NCBI GenBank assembly: GCA_016208765.1
Contig: JACQXK010000106.1
Location: 20,256-84,255, forward strand
Length of the DNA stretch: 64,000 bases
Source of the DNA: Candidatus Omnitrophota bacterium
GTDB taxonomy: Bacteria > Omnitrophota > Gorgyraeia > Gygaellales > Profunditerraquicolaceae
Reading direction: 5' to 3'
Part shown: piece after piece, positions 37,207 to 47,303 of the stretch
Layout: the number at the start of each line of letters is the position of its first letter
How positions within the stretch are numbered: position 1 is the stretch's first letter
Translations under genes and position numbers: made by a program
The notes under the pieces: model-generated
Databases searched by the model: none
What the model was told of the DNA's origin: nothing
Seen by the model: the letters and a program-made list of their open reading frames with translations, nothing else

Positions 37207-38229
37207 ATGGTAATAGAAAAGAAAAAAGAGGAAACAAAAGATTTTACTGAGCGTCACAAGGCGCTGGAATTAGCTCTTTCCCAAATAGAAAAACAGTTTG
37301 GAAAAGGCTCAATTATGAAACTCGGAGGAGATGTCAAGGTTCATGTTGATACAATTTCAACTGGAGCGCTTACCTTGGATATAGCTTTGGGTGTTGGCGG
37401 CCTGCCACGGGGCAGGGTGATTGAGATTTTTGGCCCTGAGGCAAGCGGAAAGACAACTTTAACCTTAACCGCGATAAGAGAAAACCAGAGAAAAGGCGGG
37501 GTAGCTGCATTTATTGATGCTGAGCATGCTTTTGATTCAACCTATGCCAAGGTAATCGGTGTAAACTTGGATGATTTGCTAATTTCACAGCCGGATACCG
37601 GAGAGCAGGCACTGGAAATCGCAGAAACGCTTGTGCGCTCTAATGCAGTGGATCTGGTAGTCATTGATTCTGTGGCAGCCTTAACTCCCCGCGCAGAGAT
37701 TGAAGGGGAGATGGGTGATTCGCATGTTGGCTTGCAGGCGCGCTTAATGTCGCAGGCGCTTAGAAAATTGACCGCTGCAATCAGCAAATCGCGCACTTGT
37801 GTTATTTTTATTAACCAGATCCGCGAGAAAATCGGTGTTATGTTCGGTTCTCCTGAGACAACGCCCGGCGGCCGCGCGCTTAAATTCTATTCTTCTGTGA
37901 GACTTGATGTAAGAAGAATAGCTACTCTCAAAGAAGCTGATACGGTCATTGGAGGAAGGGTAAGGGTAAGAGTAGTAAAAAATAAAGTTGCACCTCCGTT
38001 TAGAGAGGGAGAATTTGACATTTTGCACAATGAAGGTATTTCTAAGACGGGCTCAGTTATTGATGCGGCAGTGAATGCAGAGGTAATTACTAAAAGCGGC
38101 ACCTGGCTTTCTTTTGGCAATGAAAAATTGGGCCAAGGAAGAGATGCTGCGATAAAATCCTTAAAAGAAAAACCTAAGCTATCTGAAGAAATTGAAAAAG
38201 AAGTAAAGAAAAAGGTTAGTTTAATTTAA
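37207..38229 (+). CDS. recA: Recombinase A
   Basis: Walker A is GPEASGKTT. The L1/L2 loops are present, and the overall length and motifs are canonical. Confidence 0.9.
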   Translation: MVIEKKKEETKDFTERHKALELALSQIEKQFGKGSIMKLGGDVKVHVDTISTGALTLDIALGVGGLPRGRVIEIFGPEASGKTTLTLTAIRENQRKGGVAAFIDAEHAFDSTYAKVIGVNLDDLLISQPDTGEQALEIAETLVRSNAVDLVVIDSVAALTPRAEIEGEMGDSHVGLQARLMSQALRKLTAAISKSRTCVIFINQIREKIGVMFGSPETTPGGRALKFYSSVRLDVRRIATLKEADTVIGGRVRVRVVKNKVAPPFREGEFDILHNEGISKTGSVIDAAVNAEVITKSGTWLSFGNEKLGQGRDAAIKSLKEKPKLSEEIEKEVKKKVSLI

Positions 38230-38244
38230 GGGAGGGATTGGCAA

Positions 38245-39753
38245 ATGGTTGGAAAAAAGCTTTTTTGGGGATTTTCTTTTTTGGCTGTTGGGATAATTTC
38301 AGGCGTTATTTTTGCAGCAAAGTTTGATTTGCTAACTCCCGCTCAAAGTCAAAACGTAAAATTAGAAGCAAAACCGGAAAGCCTTGATATGGAGAATGCG
38401 GTAATTAATGTTGCAAGTACCGCTGGAAAGTCTGTCGTTTCTATCACTACCGAATATATTACCAAGGTAAAACGGGGAGGGCCAAGGCAATATCGTTTTA
38501 ACCGTCCTTTTGGACAAAATGATCAGTTTAACCGTTTCTTTGATGATTTTTTTGGCCAAATGCCGGATATGGATTATAAGCGGATGGGAGTTGGTTCCGG
38601 TGTGATCGTTGATGCCCAAGGATATGTTTTAACTAATGAGCATGTAGTTAACTCCGCAGATAAAATAACCGTGCGTTTATCCGACGGAAGAGAGTTTATC
38701 GGCGAGGTTAAGGGCAGGGATTCGCGTTCTGATTTGGCGATCATTAAAATTGAAGCTAAAAATTTACCGGTTGCGGTTCTGGGAAATTCTGATGATTTGA
38801 AGATTGGCCAGTGGGTGGTGGCTATAGGGAATCCTTTTGGTTTTGCGGTTGCTAATCCTGAGCCAACAGTAACAGCAGGGGTAATTAGCGCTTTACATAG
38901 GATCCTTGGGGTGGCTTTAGCCCAAGACAGGAATTATAACGATTTGGTTCAGACCGACGCAGCAATTAATCCTGGTAATTCCGGTGGGCCGCTTGTAAAT
39001 CTTAGGGGAGAGGTAATTGGAATTAATGTAGCAATTTTTTCCACTACAGGAGGTTATCAGGGAGTTGGTTTTGCAATTCCAATAAACAGCGTAAAATCAA
39101 TCATGAGCCGTTTGATTGCTGGTAAAAAAATTGTTTACGGTTGGTTGGGTGTAACAGTTCAGAATTTAAATGATGATTTGGCGAAATATTTTGGGCTTTC
39201 GGATAAGAATGGAGTATTGGTAGCCAAGGCCTTAGAAGAGGGCCCTGCGCAAAAAGCAGGGATGAAAGAAAGTGATGTAATCAAGCAGGTGGACGGTAAA
39301 ACAGTGAATAATGTTAAGGAACTGTTAAATGTGGTTGGTAAAATTGAGTCTGGTAAGGCTGTAAAAGTTATGGTCATTCGCGATAAGAAAGAATTGAATC
39401 TGAGCGTGGTCATTGGCGAGCGGCCGGAGAAAATAGAAGAATCTGAAGATAAAGGCGAATCTCTTCAGGTTAATTGGAGAGGCTTAGAGGTTCAGGAATT
39501 TAATGCTGAAACGGCGCGCAGTTTCAGGCTTGACGTAAAAGAAAAAGCCGGTGTTTTGGTGGTTAATGTTGAACCGGGAAGCCCTGCTGATGATGCCGGA
39601 ATTACCGCCGGAGAAATAATAGTTGAAATAAATAAGCAGCCGGTTAAGAATTTGGTTGACTATGAAAAGATCACCAGTTCTTCTAAAGGCGATTGCTTGG
39701 TCAGAACCACGCACGGTTATTTCATTATTAAGAGTGAAGAAAAAAAGCAATAA
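38245..39753 (+). CDS. htrA: HtrA/DegP-family periplasmic serine endoprotease with two PDZ domains
   Basis: It has an N-terminal TM anchor. The catalytic triad blocks are TNEHVV, SDLAIIKI and GNSGGPL. Two C-terminal PDZ-like segments are present. Confidence 0.85.
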   Translation: MVGKKLFWGFSFLAVGIISGVIFAAKFDLLTPAQSQNVKLEAKPESLDMENAVINVASTAGKSVVSITTEYITKVKRGGPRQYRFNRPFGQNDQFNRFFDDFFGQMPDMDYKRMGVGSGVIVDAQGYVLTNEHVVNSADKITVRLSDGREFIGEVKGRDSRSDLAIIKIEAKNLPVAVLGNSDDLKIGQWVVAIGNPFGFAVANPEPTVTAGVISALHRILGVALAQDRNYNDLVQTDAAINPGNSGGPLVNLRGEVIGINVAIFSTTGGYQGVGFAIPINSVKSIMSRLIAGKKIVYGWLGVTVQNLNDDLAKYFGLSDKNGVLVAKALEEGPAQKAGMKESDVIKQVDGKTVNNVKELLNVVGKIESGKAVKVMVIRDKKELNLSVVIGERPEKIEESEDKGESLQVNWRGLEVQEFNAETARSFRLDVKEKAGVLVVNVEPGSPADDAGITAGEIIVEINKQPVKNLVDYEKITSSSKGDCLVRTTHGYFIIKSEEKKQ

Positions 39754-40189
39754 TCTTGAGCAGGCAAAGAGCTACGCTTTTTTGCTTTTAAAATTCAGGT
39801 TGCGCAGCGAAAATGAGTTGTACCAGCGTCTGGTAAAAAAAGGTTTTTTTTCTGAAGTTGCCAGAGAAGTTGTAAGCTTTCTCAAAGAAAAACGTTTCAT
39901 TGACGACAAGCTTTTTACCAAGGCGTGGGTTGATTCGCGTATAAAAAAGCCTTATGGCGTAAGAAGGATCAAACAAGAGCTGCTGCGAAAAGGCATTGCT
40001 CAGGAAGTTATAGATAAACAGTTGGTGCAATTAAAGGATAGTTATTCTGAAGTAGATGTGGTCAGGCAGATTTCAGAAGAAAGAATGGCTAAATTAAAAG
40101 GTCTTGATAAAGATGTGGCAAAAAGAAGGGTATACGGATATTTGCTGCGAAGAGGTTTTTCTCCTGATGTTATTTTAGAGGTTTTATGA
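39734..40189 (+). CDS. recX: Recombination regulator RecX
   Basis: Three-helix repeat modules typical of RecX are present (LLKFRLRSENELYQRLVKKGF...). I chose the GTG start at 39734, 20 nt into the htrA 3' end. The longer ORF from 39656 would overlap htrA by 100 nt. Confidence 0.6.
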   Translation: MKKKSNNLEQAKSYAFLLLKFRLRSENELYQRLVKKGFFSEVAREVVSFLKEKRFIDDKLFTKAWVDSRIKKPYGVRRIKQELLRKGIAQEVIDKQLVQLKDSYSEVDVVRQISEERMAKLKGLDKDVAKRRVYGYLLRRGFSPDVILEVL

Positions 40190-42795
40190 AAGCCGATATT
40201 TTAAGAAAGAAATTCTTGGAATTCTTTAAGAATAAAAAACACCGGATTGTTGAAAGTGATTCTTTGGTGCCAAAGGATGACCCTACGGTTTTATTTACAC
40301 CCGCCGGGATGAATCAGTTTAAAAAAGAATTCCTGGGTTTTGATTCTGGTTTTAAGCGCGCTGCGACATCTCAACGTTGTTTACGCACTGATGATTTGGA
40401 TAAGGTTGGTAAAACTACCGGGCATCACACATTCTTTGAGATGCTTGGTAATTTTTCCTTTGGTGATTATTTTAAGCGCGAAGCTATTAGCTGGGCATGG
40501 GAATTTTTGACGAAGGAGCTAAAAATAAACCCTGATAAACTCTGGGTTTCTGTTTATAAGGACGATGATGAGGCATATGGTATTTGGCTAAATGAAGTTA
40601 AAGTTCCCAGTAAAAAAATCGTTAAATTAGGCGATAAGGAAAATTTTTGGCCGTCTGAGGCAAAGGAAAAAGGCCCAAACGGCCCTTGCGGCCCGTGTTC
40701 AGAAATTTTCTATGACTTTGGTAAAGAAACAGGATGCGGTGAAGCTGTCTGTGACCCATCTTGCAGTTGCGGACGCTTTGTTGAAATTTGGAATTTGGTT
40801 TTTACGCAATTTAACCGTAAAGAAGGCGGCAGGCTTGAGCCTTTGCCAAATAAGAATATTGATACAGGTATGGGGCTGGAGCGTTTAGCAGCTATAATGC
40901 AAGGTGTTCCGAATAACTTCAAGACGGATTTGTTTATCCCGCTTGTTAAAGAGATTCAAAAGAGCACAGAGAACAGAGCACAGAGAACAGAAGAGCTGAC
41001 TAATGCGGTGGCAGATCATATTCGCGCGGTAGTATTTTCAGTTTATGACGGAGTTTTGCCTTCTAATGAGGGACGCGGATATGTAATCAGAAAAATAATC
41101 CGTAAAAGCTGCCTTGCTTTAAGGGCTATGGGAATTAAAAAGCCATTTTTTTATAAATTAGTTCCGGTTTTAGCTGAAATAATGGCCGAGCCTTATCCTG
41201 ATCTCATGCTGCGCAAGGAAGATATCTCTGAAGTAGTGCTTTCAGAAGAAAAAAGTTTTATTGCTGTTCTTAATACAAGCGAAGCCTTGTTAAAGGAGAA
41301 ATTCTTACCGTTTTTTAAGAACCAGGATCCGGAGAAAACCGGCAAGCTCGCTTTCCAGCTGCATGATACTTACGGTATGCCTTTAGAATTGACAATTGAT
41401 TGGCTCAAGAAGAACGGAATTCTGTTTTCACAGCAGGCATTTGACCGGGAACTTGAAATTCAGAAAACCCGCTCAAAAAATCAGAGTACTATGAAAGGCG
41501 ATGTTTTTGCCATTAAAGAATTAGACTATGGTGTGAAAGAAACCAAATTTTCCGGTTATAAGAAGTTTTTACTTAATTCTGAAATATTGAAAGTTTATCA
41601 AGAAAATAGCGAAGTAAAAAAACTTTCTCTCGGAGAGAGCGGAGTTATAATATTGAAAGAAACTCCTTTTTATCCTGAAGCAGGGGGACAGGTTGCCGAT
41701 ACAGGTTTTATTAAAAAAGGAAAAAATGTTTTTGAAGTTTTGGATACGAAGAAATCCGGAAAAGTGATTTTACATATCGGAAGGGTAAAATCGGGAAGTT
41801 TTAAGAAGAAAGATTTGGCCCAGGCTGAAATTAATCTGGAACGCCGGCTTTCAATTGCAAGAAACCATACTGCTACGCATTTATTACAGGCGGCCTTAAG
41901 AAAGGTTTTAGGCCAGCATGTTCAACAGCAGGGTTCTTTGGTATCAGATAGCAGGTTGCGCTTTGATTTTACGCATTTTAAAGATGTTTCAGATGAAGAG
42001 CTCTCAAGGATTGAAGAATTTGTTAATGAATATGTGATGAATAACCTAAAAGTAGATACAGGGTCAATGGCTTTAAAAGAAGCCAAAAAGACAGGGGCTT
42101 TGGCATTCTTTGGGGAGAAGTACGGCTCTAAGGTGCGTATAGTTTCTGTGGGAAACCTTTCTAAAGAATTTTGTGGAGGGACGCATTTGGGGCAAACCGG
42201 GCAGATCGGGCTTTTTAAGATTTTGCAGGAATCTTCGGTTGCCAGCAATGTGCGCCGCATTGAAGCAACTACCGGTATTTTTGCATACAGAAAAGTAAAA
42301 GAAGAAGAAGTGGTGCTTTCTGATGTTTCAAAGCTGCTTAATACCGGTTTGCAAAACATTACCCAGGAAGTAGAAAGACGCTCTTTGCACATAAAAGAAT
42401 TAGAAAAACAGTTGAACGCGCAAAAATTGAGTTCAGTGAGAAATTCTTTAGATGATTTGATTAAAGACGCGAAGAATGTTAATGGCAAGTTGCTGATTAC
42501 AAAAGTATTTGAAGATGTAAACATGGAATTACTACGAAAAAATATTGATTTATTAAAGGAAAAATCCCGGAATACCGTTATTGCATTGGCGTCTGTAAAT
42601 CAGGGAAAAGTTTTATTGGTAATGGGCGTAACTAATGATCTCTGTGATAAAGGCATAGATGCCGGAATGCTTATTCGGGAAGTTTCTGGTTTTATCGGCG
42701 GAAGCGGCGGAGGAAGAAAAGATTTTGCCCAGGCAGGTGGAAGTAAACCGGAAAATTTGGAACAGGCTTTTGGGAAATTGCGTGAGATAATATGA
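40186..42795 (+). CDS. alaS: Alanine--tRNA ligase
   Basis: Class II aaRS core motifs are present. The editing-domain zinc motif is HTATHLL...CGGTH. A C-terminal DHHA1-like domain is present. The protein is 869 aa. Confidence 0.9.
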   Translation: MKADILRKKFLEFFKNKKHRIVESDSLVPKDDPTVLFTPAGMNQFKKEFLGFDSGFKRAATSQRCLRTDDLDKVGKTTGHHTFFEMLGNFSFGDYFKREAISWAWEFLTKELKINPDKLWVSVYKDDDEAYGIWLNEVKVPSKKIVKLGDKENFWPSEAKEKGPNGPCGPCSEIFYDFGKETGCGEAVCDPSCSCGRFVEIWNLVFTQFNRKEGGRLEPLPNKNIDTGMGLERLAAIMQGVPNNFKTDLFIPLVKEIQKSTENRAQRTEELTNAVADHIRAVVFSVYDGVLPSNEGRGYVIRKIIRKSCLALRAMGIKKPFFYKLVPVLAEIMAEPYPDLMLRKEDISEVVLSEEKSFIAVLNTSEALLKEKFLPFFKNQDPEKTGKLAFQLHDTYGMPLELTIDWLKKNGILFSQQAFDRELEIQKTRSKNQSTMKGDVFAIKELDYGVKETKFSGYKKFLLNSEILKVYQENSEVKKLSLGESGVIILKETPFYPEAGGQVADTGFIKKGKNVFEVLDTKKSGKVILHIGRVKSGSFKKKDLAQAEINLERRLSIARNHTATHLLQAALRKVLGQHVQQQGSLVSDSRLRFDFTHFKDVSDEELSRIEEFVNEYVMNNLKVDTGSMALKEAKKTGALAFFGEKYGSKVRIVSVGNLSKEFCGGTHLGQTGQIGLFKILQESSVASNVRRIEATTGIFAYRKVKEEEVVLSDVSKLLNTGLQNITQEVERRSLHIKELEKQLNAQKLSSVRNSLDDLIKDAKNVNGKLLITKVFEDVNMELLRKNIDLLKEKSRNTVIALASVNQGKVLLVMGVTNDLCDKGIDAGMLIREVSGFIGGSGGGRKDFAQAGGSKPENLEQAFGKLREII
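40961..40988 (+). repeat. Perfect 14-nt tandem direct repeat (AGAGCACAGAGAAC x2) inside alaS
   Basis: Read directly from the sequence. It encodes ...STENRAQRTEE... and the frame is maintained. Confidence 0.7.
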
Positions 42796-44018
42796 AGATA
42801 ATCCGTTTTACCAGCAAAAAATTAGATAAAATCTATAACCGCGGACAGGTAAAGAACAAGCGGGTTGAAGAAAAAGTTAGGAAGATCATTGAAGATGTGC
42901 GGCTTTTTGGAGATGAGGCCGTGTTAAAATATACCCGCAAGTTTGACAGGGTAAAGATGACGCAGAGGCAGCTGAAAGTTTCTCAGATTGAAATAAGCGG
43001 CGCCTATCAAAATATCAGCCCGAATTTTGTTTCCACTCTCAAGATGGTAATAGAAAACGTAAACCGGTTTTACCGTAAGGCGATTAAGAAATCATGGAGA
43101 ATAAAAGATGCAGACGGGGTGATTTTAGGGGAAAATTATACTCCGCTTGAAAAAGTCGGAGTGTATATCCCTGCAGGCACAGCTCCTTTGGTTTCTACTG
43201 TTTATATGACAGTGCTTCCTGCAAAGATTGCCGGTGTAAAGAAAATCGTTTTGATCAGCCCTCCTGATAAAAATGGATTTATTAATCCGCACATCCTGGT
43301 TATGGCTGATCTTTTAAAGGTAGATGAAATTTACAGGGTGGGAGGGGCGCAGGGGATTGCCGCGCTTAGCTATGGAACAAAGACCATTCCGCAGGTTGAT
43401 AAAATAGTCGGGCCGGGAAACGCATATGTCAGTGAAGCCAAGCGGCAGGTTTTTGGAATTGTTGATATTGATATGATCGCCGGGCCAACAGAGCTTGTGA
43501 TTATCGCAAATCGCAGCGCAGAAGTAAAGTTTATTGTTGCAGATTTACAGGCGCAGGCTGAACATGCCAAAGGTTTGGCGATCCTTGTAACTAATTCAAA
43601 AAGCCTTGCACGGGAAGTAAAATCGCAGCTTGATAGCGCAAATGGCCTGATAGTTTTGACAAAGAATTTGGAACAAGCTGCAGAGGTTGTAAATAAAATC
43701 GCGCCTGAACACCTTGAGATTTTTGTCAATAATCCGCAGCGGTTATTAAAACAGATAAAAAATGCAGGGGCAATATTTTTGGGGCCTTACAGCCCTGCAG
43801 CAGTAGGTGATTATGTTGCAGGCCCAAGCCACGTGCTTCCAACTGCAGGAACAGCAAGGTTTTTTTCAGGTTTATCCGTGTTTGATTTTCAGAAAAGCAG
43901 CCACGTGATCAGTTATTCTAAAAAAGCGCTTGAGAAAATAAAAGAACCGCTTGAAAAAGTTGCGGGTATTGAAGGATTGAGCAAACACTTGGAATCAGTA
44001 AAGGCAAGATTTATTTAA
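42792..44018 (+). CDS. hisD: Histidinol dehydrogenase
   Basis: The NAD-binding and zinc-ligand blocks include IAGPTELVII and AQAEH. The start overlaps the upstream gene as ATGA. Confidence 0.85.
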   Translation: MKIIRFTSKKLDKIYNRGQVKNKRVEEKVRKIIEDVRLFGDEAVLKYTRKFDRVKMTQRQLKVSQIEISGAYQNISPNFVSTLKMVIENVNRFYRKAIKKSWRIKDADGVILGENYTPLEKVGVYIPAGTAPLVSTVYMTVLPAKIAGVKKIVLISPPDKNGFINPHILVMADLLKVDEIYRVGGAQGIAALSYGTKTIPQVDKIVGPGNAYVSEAKRQVFGIVDIDMIAGPTELVIIANRSAEVKFIVADLQAQAEHAKGLAILVTNSKSLAREVKSQLDSANGLIVLTKNLEQAAEVVNKIAPEHLEIFVNNPQRLLKQIKNAGAIFLGPYSPAAVGDYVAGPSHVLPTAGTARFFSGLSVFDFQKSSHVISYSKKALEKIKEPLEKVAGIEGLSKHLESVKARFI

Positions 44019-44046
44019 GCTAATACGATAAGGAAGGGCATGAAAA

Positions 44047-44649
44047 ATGAAAAAAAGATCTGCAGTAATTAAAAGAAATACCAAGGAAACAGAAATTACT
44101 GTTAAGTTGAATATTGACGGAGCCGGGAAAACTAAAATAAACACGGGAATCGGGATACTGGACCATATGTTGGATTTATTTTCTTTTCATGGTCTATTTG
44201 ATTTAGAGGTTGCTGCAAAGGGTGATTTAAATATTGATAAGCATCATACAAATGAAGATATTGGAATTACCCTGGGCCAGGCTTTTAAAGAGGCGTTAGG
44301 GGATAAAAAAGGCATCAATAGAAATGGAACAGCTTGTTGGCCAATGGAAAAAGTGCTTTCTTGCGTATCGCTTGATATCTGCGGAAGGCCGTATTATAAG
44401 TTTTCTGCTAATATCGGCGAGGAGACAAAAGATGAAAGCGGTTATTCTTTGAAAGAAGCAGAACATTTTTTTGAGGCATTTGCAAATCATTTAGGGATGA
44501 ACTTGCATATAAAGGTTGAGTCAACTGTTTATGATTTACACACGACGCTTGAGCCTATTTTTAAGGCGCTTGGGAAATCTTTATCAGAAGCCTGCCAGAT
44601 AAATTCCCGCAGAAAAGATGTTCCTTCCACTAAGGGCGTGATTGATTAA
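44047..44649 (+). CDS. hisB: Imidazoleglycerol-phosphate dehydratase
   Basis: The duplicated IGPD motifs GILDHMLDLF and HHTNEDIGI are present. Confidence 0.85.
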   Translation: MKKRSAVIKRNTKETEITVKLNIDGAGKTKINTGIGILDHMLDLFSFHGLFDLEVAAKGDLNIDKHHTNEDIGITLGQAFKEALGDKKGINRNGTACWPMEKVLSCVSLDICGRPYYKFSANIGEETKDESGYSLKEAEHFFEAFANHLGMNLHIKVESTVYDLHTTLEPIFKALGKSLSEACQINSRRKDVPSTKGVID

Positions 44650-44650
44650 G

Positions 44651-45259
44651 ATGATTGCGATTATTGATTATGGAATGGGTAATATTCATAGCGTTAATAA
44701 GGCTTTAGAGGTATGCGGAGCAAAAACTTTAATTACTAATAAAGTTCAAGATATTAAGTCTTGTGATAAAGCTGTGCTTCCGGGAGTGGGGGCATTTGAT
44801 GATGCTGTTTCAGAGTTAAAGAAACAGGGTTTAATTGAACCAATCCTTGAGCACATAAAAAACAAGAAACCTTTTTTAGGTATTTGTTTGGGAATGCAGC
44901 TTTTGTTTGATGAAAGCGCTGAGGCGCAAAAAGAAAAAGGTTTAGGAGTATTTAATGGGAAAGTAGAGAAGTTTAAACACAGCCATGATTTAAAGGTCCC
45001 TCATATGGGCTGGAATCAATTAAAGACTTCCGGCGAGTGCCCGTTATTAAAAGATATACCTGATAATTCATTTGTGTATTTCTGTCATTCATATTATCCT
45101 CTCCCTTACGACAAAAGTATAATCGCAGGGTTAACGAATTACGGTCAGGATTTTGCCGCAATAGTATGGAAAGATAAAGTTTTTGGAATGCAGTTTCATC
45201 CGGAAAAGAGCCAGGGTATTGGTTTAAGAATGTTGCAGAATTTTGTTAATCTATGTTGA
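44651..45259 (+). CDS. hisH: Imidazole glycerol phosphate synthase glutaminase subunit
   Basis: It is a class-I GATase with GICLGMQ (nucleophilic Cys) and C-terminal FHPEKS (catalytic His and Glu). I chose the ATG at 44651, immediately after the hisB stop. Confidence 0.85.
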   Translation: MIAIIDYGMGNIHSVNKALEVCGAKTLITNKVQDIKSCDKAVLPGVGAFDDAVSELKKQGLIEPILEHIKNKKPFLGICLGMQLLFDESAEAQKEKGLGVFNGKVEKFKHSHDLKVPHMGWNQLKTSGECPLLKDIPDNSFVYFCHSYYPLPYDKSIIAGLTNYGQDFAAIVWKDKVFGMQFHPEKSQGIGLRMLQNFVNLC

Positions 45260-45972
45260 TCATTCCTGCAATTGATATAAAAGACGGTTGTGTAGTTCGT
45301 TATGTTCAAGGCAGGCTTGATAAAAAAGTTTATTCAAAAGACCCGGTAAAAACTGCCAAGCACTGGGCAAGGCAAGGGGCAAAATTTTTGCATGTGGTTG
45401 ATTTAGATGGTGCGTTTTCCGGTGTGCCAAAGAATATCGCTTTGGTAAAAGAAATTGCGAAGAGTATTAATATTCCTGTTGAATTTGGAGGCGGAGTCAG
45501 GAATTCGGAAACAATTACTACTTTGCTGGATGCCGGTGTAAAAAGAGTGATTTTAGGGACAAAAGCAGCAGAAGATAAAGGGTTCCTTAAAAACGTTTTG
45601 AACAAATTTAAAGATGGAGTTATTATAGGTGTTGATGCAAAAGAAAATAAGGTGATGATTAAGGGATGGAAGGATGCTTCAAAAGGAGAAGATCTTTTTA
45701 CTTTTGTTCATCTGCTAAAGGAACAAGGTTGCCAGGAAATTATTTATACGGATACGTTAAAAGACGGTACCTTGTCCGGGCCGAATATCAAAGGAATTAA
45801 GGCCCTCTTAAAAGAAACCGGGATAAAAATAATTGCTTCCGGCGGGATATCCGGGCTTGAGGATTTGCGCAGGTTAAAGGCGCTTGAAAAACAGGGTGTG
45901 AGCGGAGTGATTGTTGGCAAGGCATTGTATGAAGGAAAATTTACTTTAGCCGAAGCATTGAAATTTTCTTAG
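45253..45972 (+). CDS. hisA: 1-(5-phosphoribosyl)-5-[(5-phosphoribosylamino)methylideneamino]imidazole-4-carboxamide isomerase
   Basis: It has the (beta/alpha)8 HisA blocks IIPAIDIKDG and DLDGA, and C-terminal GVSGVIVGKALY. Confidence 0.85.
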   Translation: MLIIPAIDIKDGCVVRYVQGRLDKKVYSKDPVKTAKHWARQGAKFLHVVDLDGAFSGVPKNIALVKEIAKSINIPVEFGGGVRNSETITTLLDAGVKRVILGTKAAEDKGFLKNVLNKFKDGVIIGVDAKENKVMIKGWKDASKGEDLFTFVHLLKEQGCQEIIYTDTLKDGTLSGPNIKGIKALLKETGIKIIASGGISGLEDLRRLKALEKQGVSGVIVGKALYEGKFTLAEALKFS

Positions 45973-45993
45973 TAATCAGAAAAAGGAGGATGC

Positions 45994-46473
45994 ATGGGAA
46001 AAAGACTGCTGTTGTTGGCGTTGATTTGTTTTTTTTCATTTTCTTTGGTTGGGTGCGCAACTGCAAGAAAACAAAAAGAGCTTGAGATCCAAGGGTTAAA
46101 GAACCAGATCTCCGTTTTAGAGTCGCAAATCCAATCCAAAGATGAAGAAATTACCAGTTTAAAAGATTCCATAAATAAAATTGAAGAAGAAAAGGCTTCG
46201 GTGAGCCAGCAGATGCAGGAGCAGGCATGGAATAAAAGATCGCTTAAGAAGCAGTGCGCAAAGGAAGTAAAAACCCGTCCTACTGTAAAACAAATTCAAA
46301 TCGCTTTAAAAAATGCCGGTTTTGACCCTGGTAATATTGATGGTAAATTTGGCAATTCTACCCGTGAAGCCATTAAGGCTTTTCAAAGGGCGCATAATTT
46401 GACTGCAAACGGCAGGGTCAGGTCAAAAACATGGAATCTGCTTAAGGAGTATCTGGATAAACCAGTTAAATAA
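45994..46473 (+). CDS. Lipoprotein with a coiled-coil segment and a C-terminal peptidoglycan-binding (PG_binding_1-like) domain
   Basis: The signal plus lipobox is LVGC. A heptad-rich QISVLESQIQSKDEEITSLKDSINKIEEEK segment follows. The C-terminal IQIALKNAGFDPGNIDGKFGNSTREAIKAFQRAHNL matches the PG-binding repeat pattern. Confidence 0.5.
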   Translation: MGKRLLLLALICFFSFSLVGCATARKQKELEIQGLKNQISVLESQIQSKDEEITSLKDSINKIEEEKASVSQQMQEQAWNKRSLKKQCAKEVKTRPTVKQIQIALKNAGFDPGNIDGKFGNSTREAIKAFQRAHNLTANGRVRSKTWNLLKEYLDKPVK

Positions 46474-46476
46474 TTA

Positions 46477-47271
46477 ATGCTGACAAAAAGGATCATCCCC
46501 TGCCTTGATATTAAAGATGGCCGTGTGGTTAAGGGCGTTAAGTTTCTCGGTTTAAAAGATGCCGGTGATCCGGTTGAGGTGGCAAGGGTTTATGATAAAG
46601 AAGAAGCAGATGAACTTGTATTCCTGGATATCACTGCAAGTTTTGAAAACCGCAAGACTTTAGTTGAGCTTGTGGAAAAGATTGCCAAGAATATATTTAT
46701 GCCCTTTACTGTTGGCGGAGGCGTAGGGGACATAGGTGATATAAGAAATATCCTTAATGCCGGGGCAGAAAAAGTTTCTGTTAATACGCAGGCAGTCAAA
46801 TTGCCGCAGTTAATATCAGAGGCGTCAAAGCGTTTTGGCAGCCAGTGTATTGTGGTGGCAATAGATGCGAAGTTGGTCACCAGTCACCAGTCACCGGTCA
46901 CCAGTAATGGACAGGGGACAGACAAGTGGGAAGTTTATATTAATGGAGGCAGGACCCCCACTGGCCTTGATGCTGTTGAATGGGCGAGAAAAGCTGCAAA
47001 GCTTGGTGCAGGAGAGATCTTGTTGACCAGTATGGATTACGACGGGACAAAAGATGGTTTTGATATCGGATTAACTAAGGCAATTACTGAGGCTGTAGGT
47101 ATCCCTGTTATTGCTTCCGGAGGGGCAGGAAAGCCGGAACACTTTTTTGATGTTTTCTCCAAAACTTCTGCTGATGCAGGTTTGGCTGCCTCAATTTTCC
47201 ATTATCAGGAATACTCGGTCAGGCAGGTGAAAGAATGCCTTAGAGAAAAAGGTATTCCAGTGCGGCTGTGA
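46477..47271 (+). CDS. hisF: Imidazole glycerol phosphate synthase cyclase subunit
   Basis: It has [16 protein letters not shown] and the [15 protein letters not shown] block. It contains an 8-9 aa insertion that coincides with a heptamer repeat. Confidence 0.85.
   Translation: MLTKRIIPCLDIKDGRVVKGVKFLGLKDAGDPVEVARVYDKEEADELVFLDITASFENRKTLVELVEKIAKNIFMPFTVGGGVGDIGDIRNILNAGAEKVSVNTQAVKLPQLISEASKRFGSQCIVVAIDAKLVTSHQSPVTSNGQGTDKWEVYINGGRTPTGLDAVEWARKAAKLGAGEILLTSMDYDGTKDGFDIGLTKAITEAVGIPVIASGGAGKPEHFFDVFSKTSADAGLAASIFHYQEYSVRQVKECLREKGIPVRL
46876..46903 (+). repeat. Four tandem heptamer units (GTCACCA x3 plus one GTCACCG variant) inside hisF
   Basis: Read directly from the sequence. It encodes ...[10 protein letters not shown]... 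within an apparent insertion relative to typical HisF. Confidence 0.7.
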
Positions 47272-47303
47272 TGTTGCTTGGGTTGTCGGGTTAATTAAGT
47301 TAC

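Noticed and set aside
41922-42524. A 200-aa minus-strand ORF
   Set aside because: It is antisense to the middle of alaS. It is Ser/Phe/Thr-rich low complexity with no domain features.
46876-46903. Possible CRISPR array or mini-repeat
   Set aside because: The unit is only 7 nt, has no spacers and lies inside the hisF coding frame. It is a microsatellite, not CRISPR.
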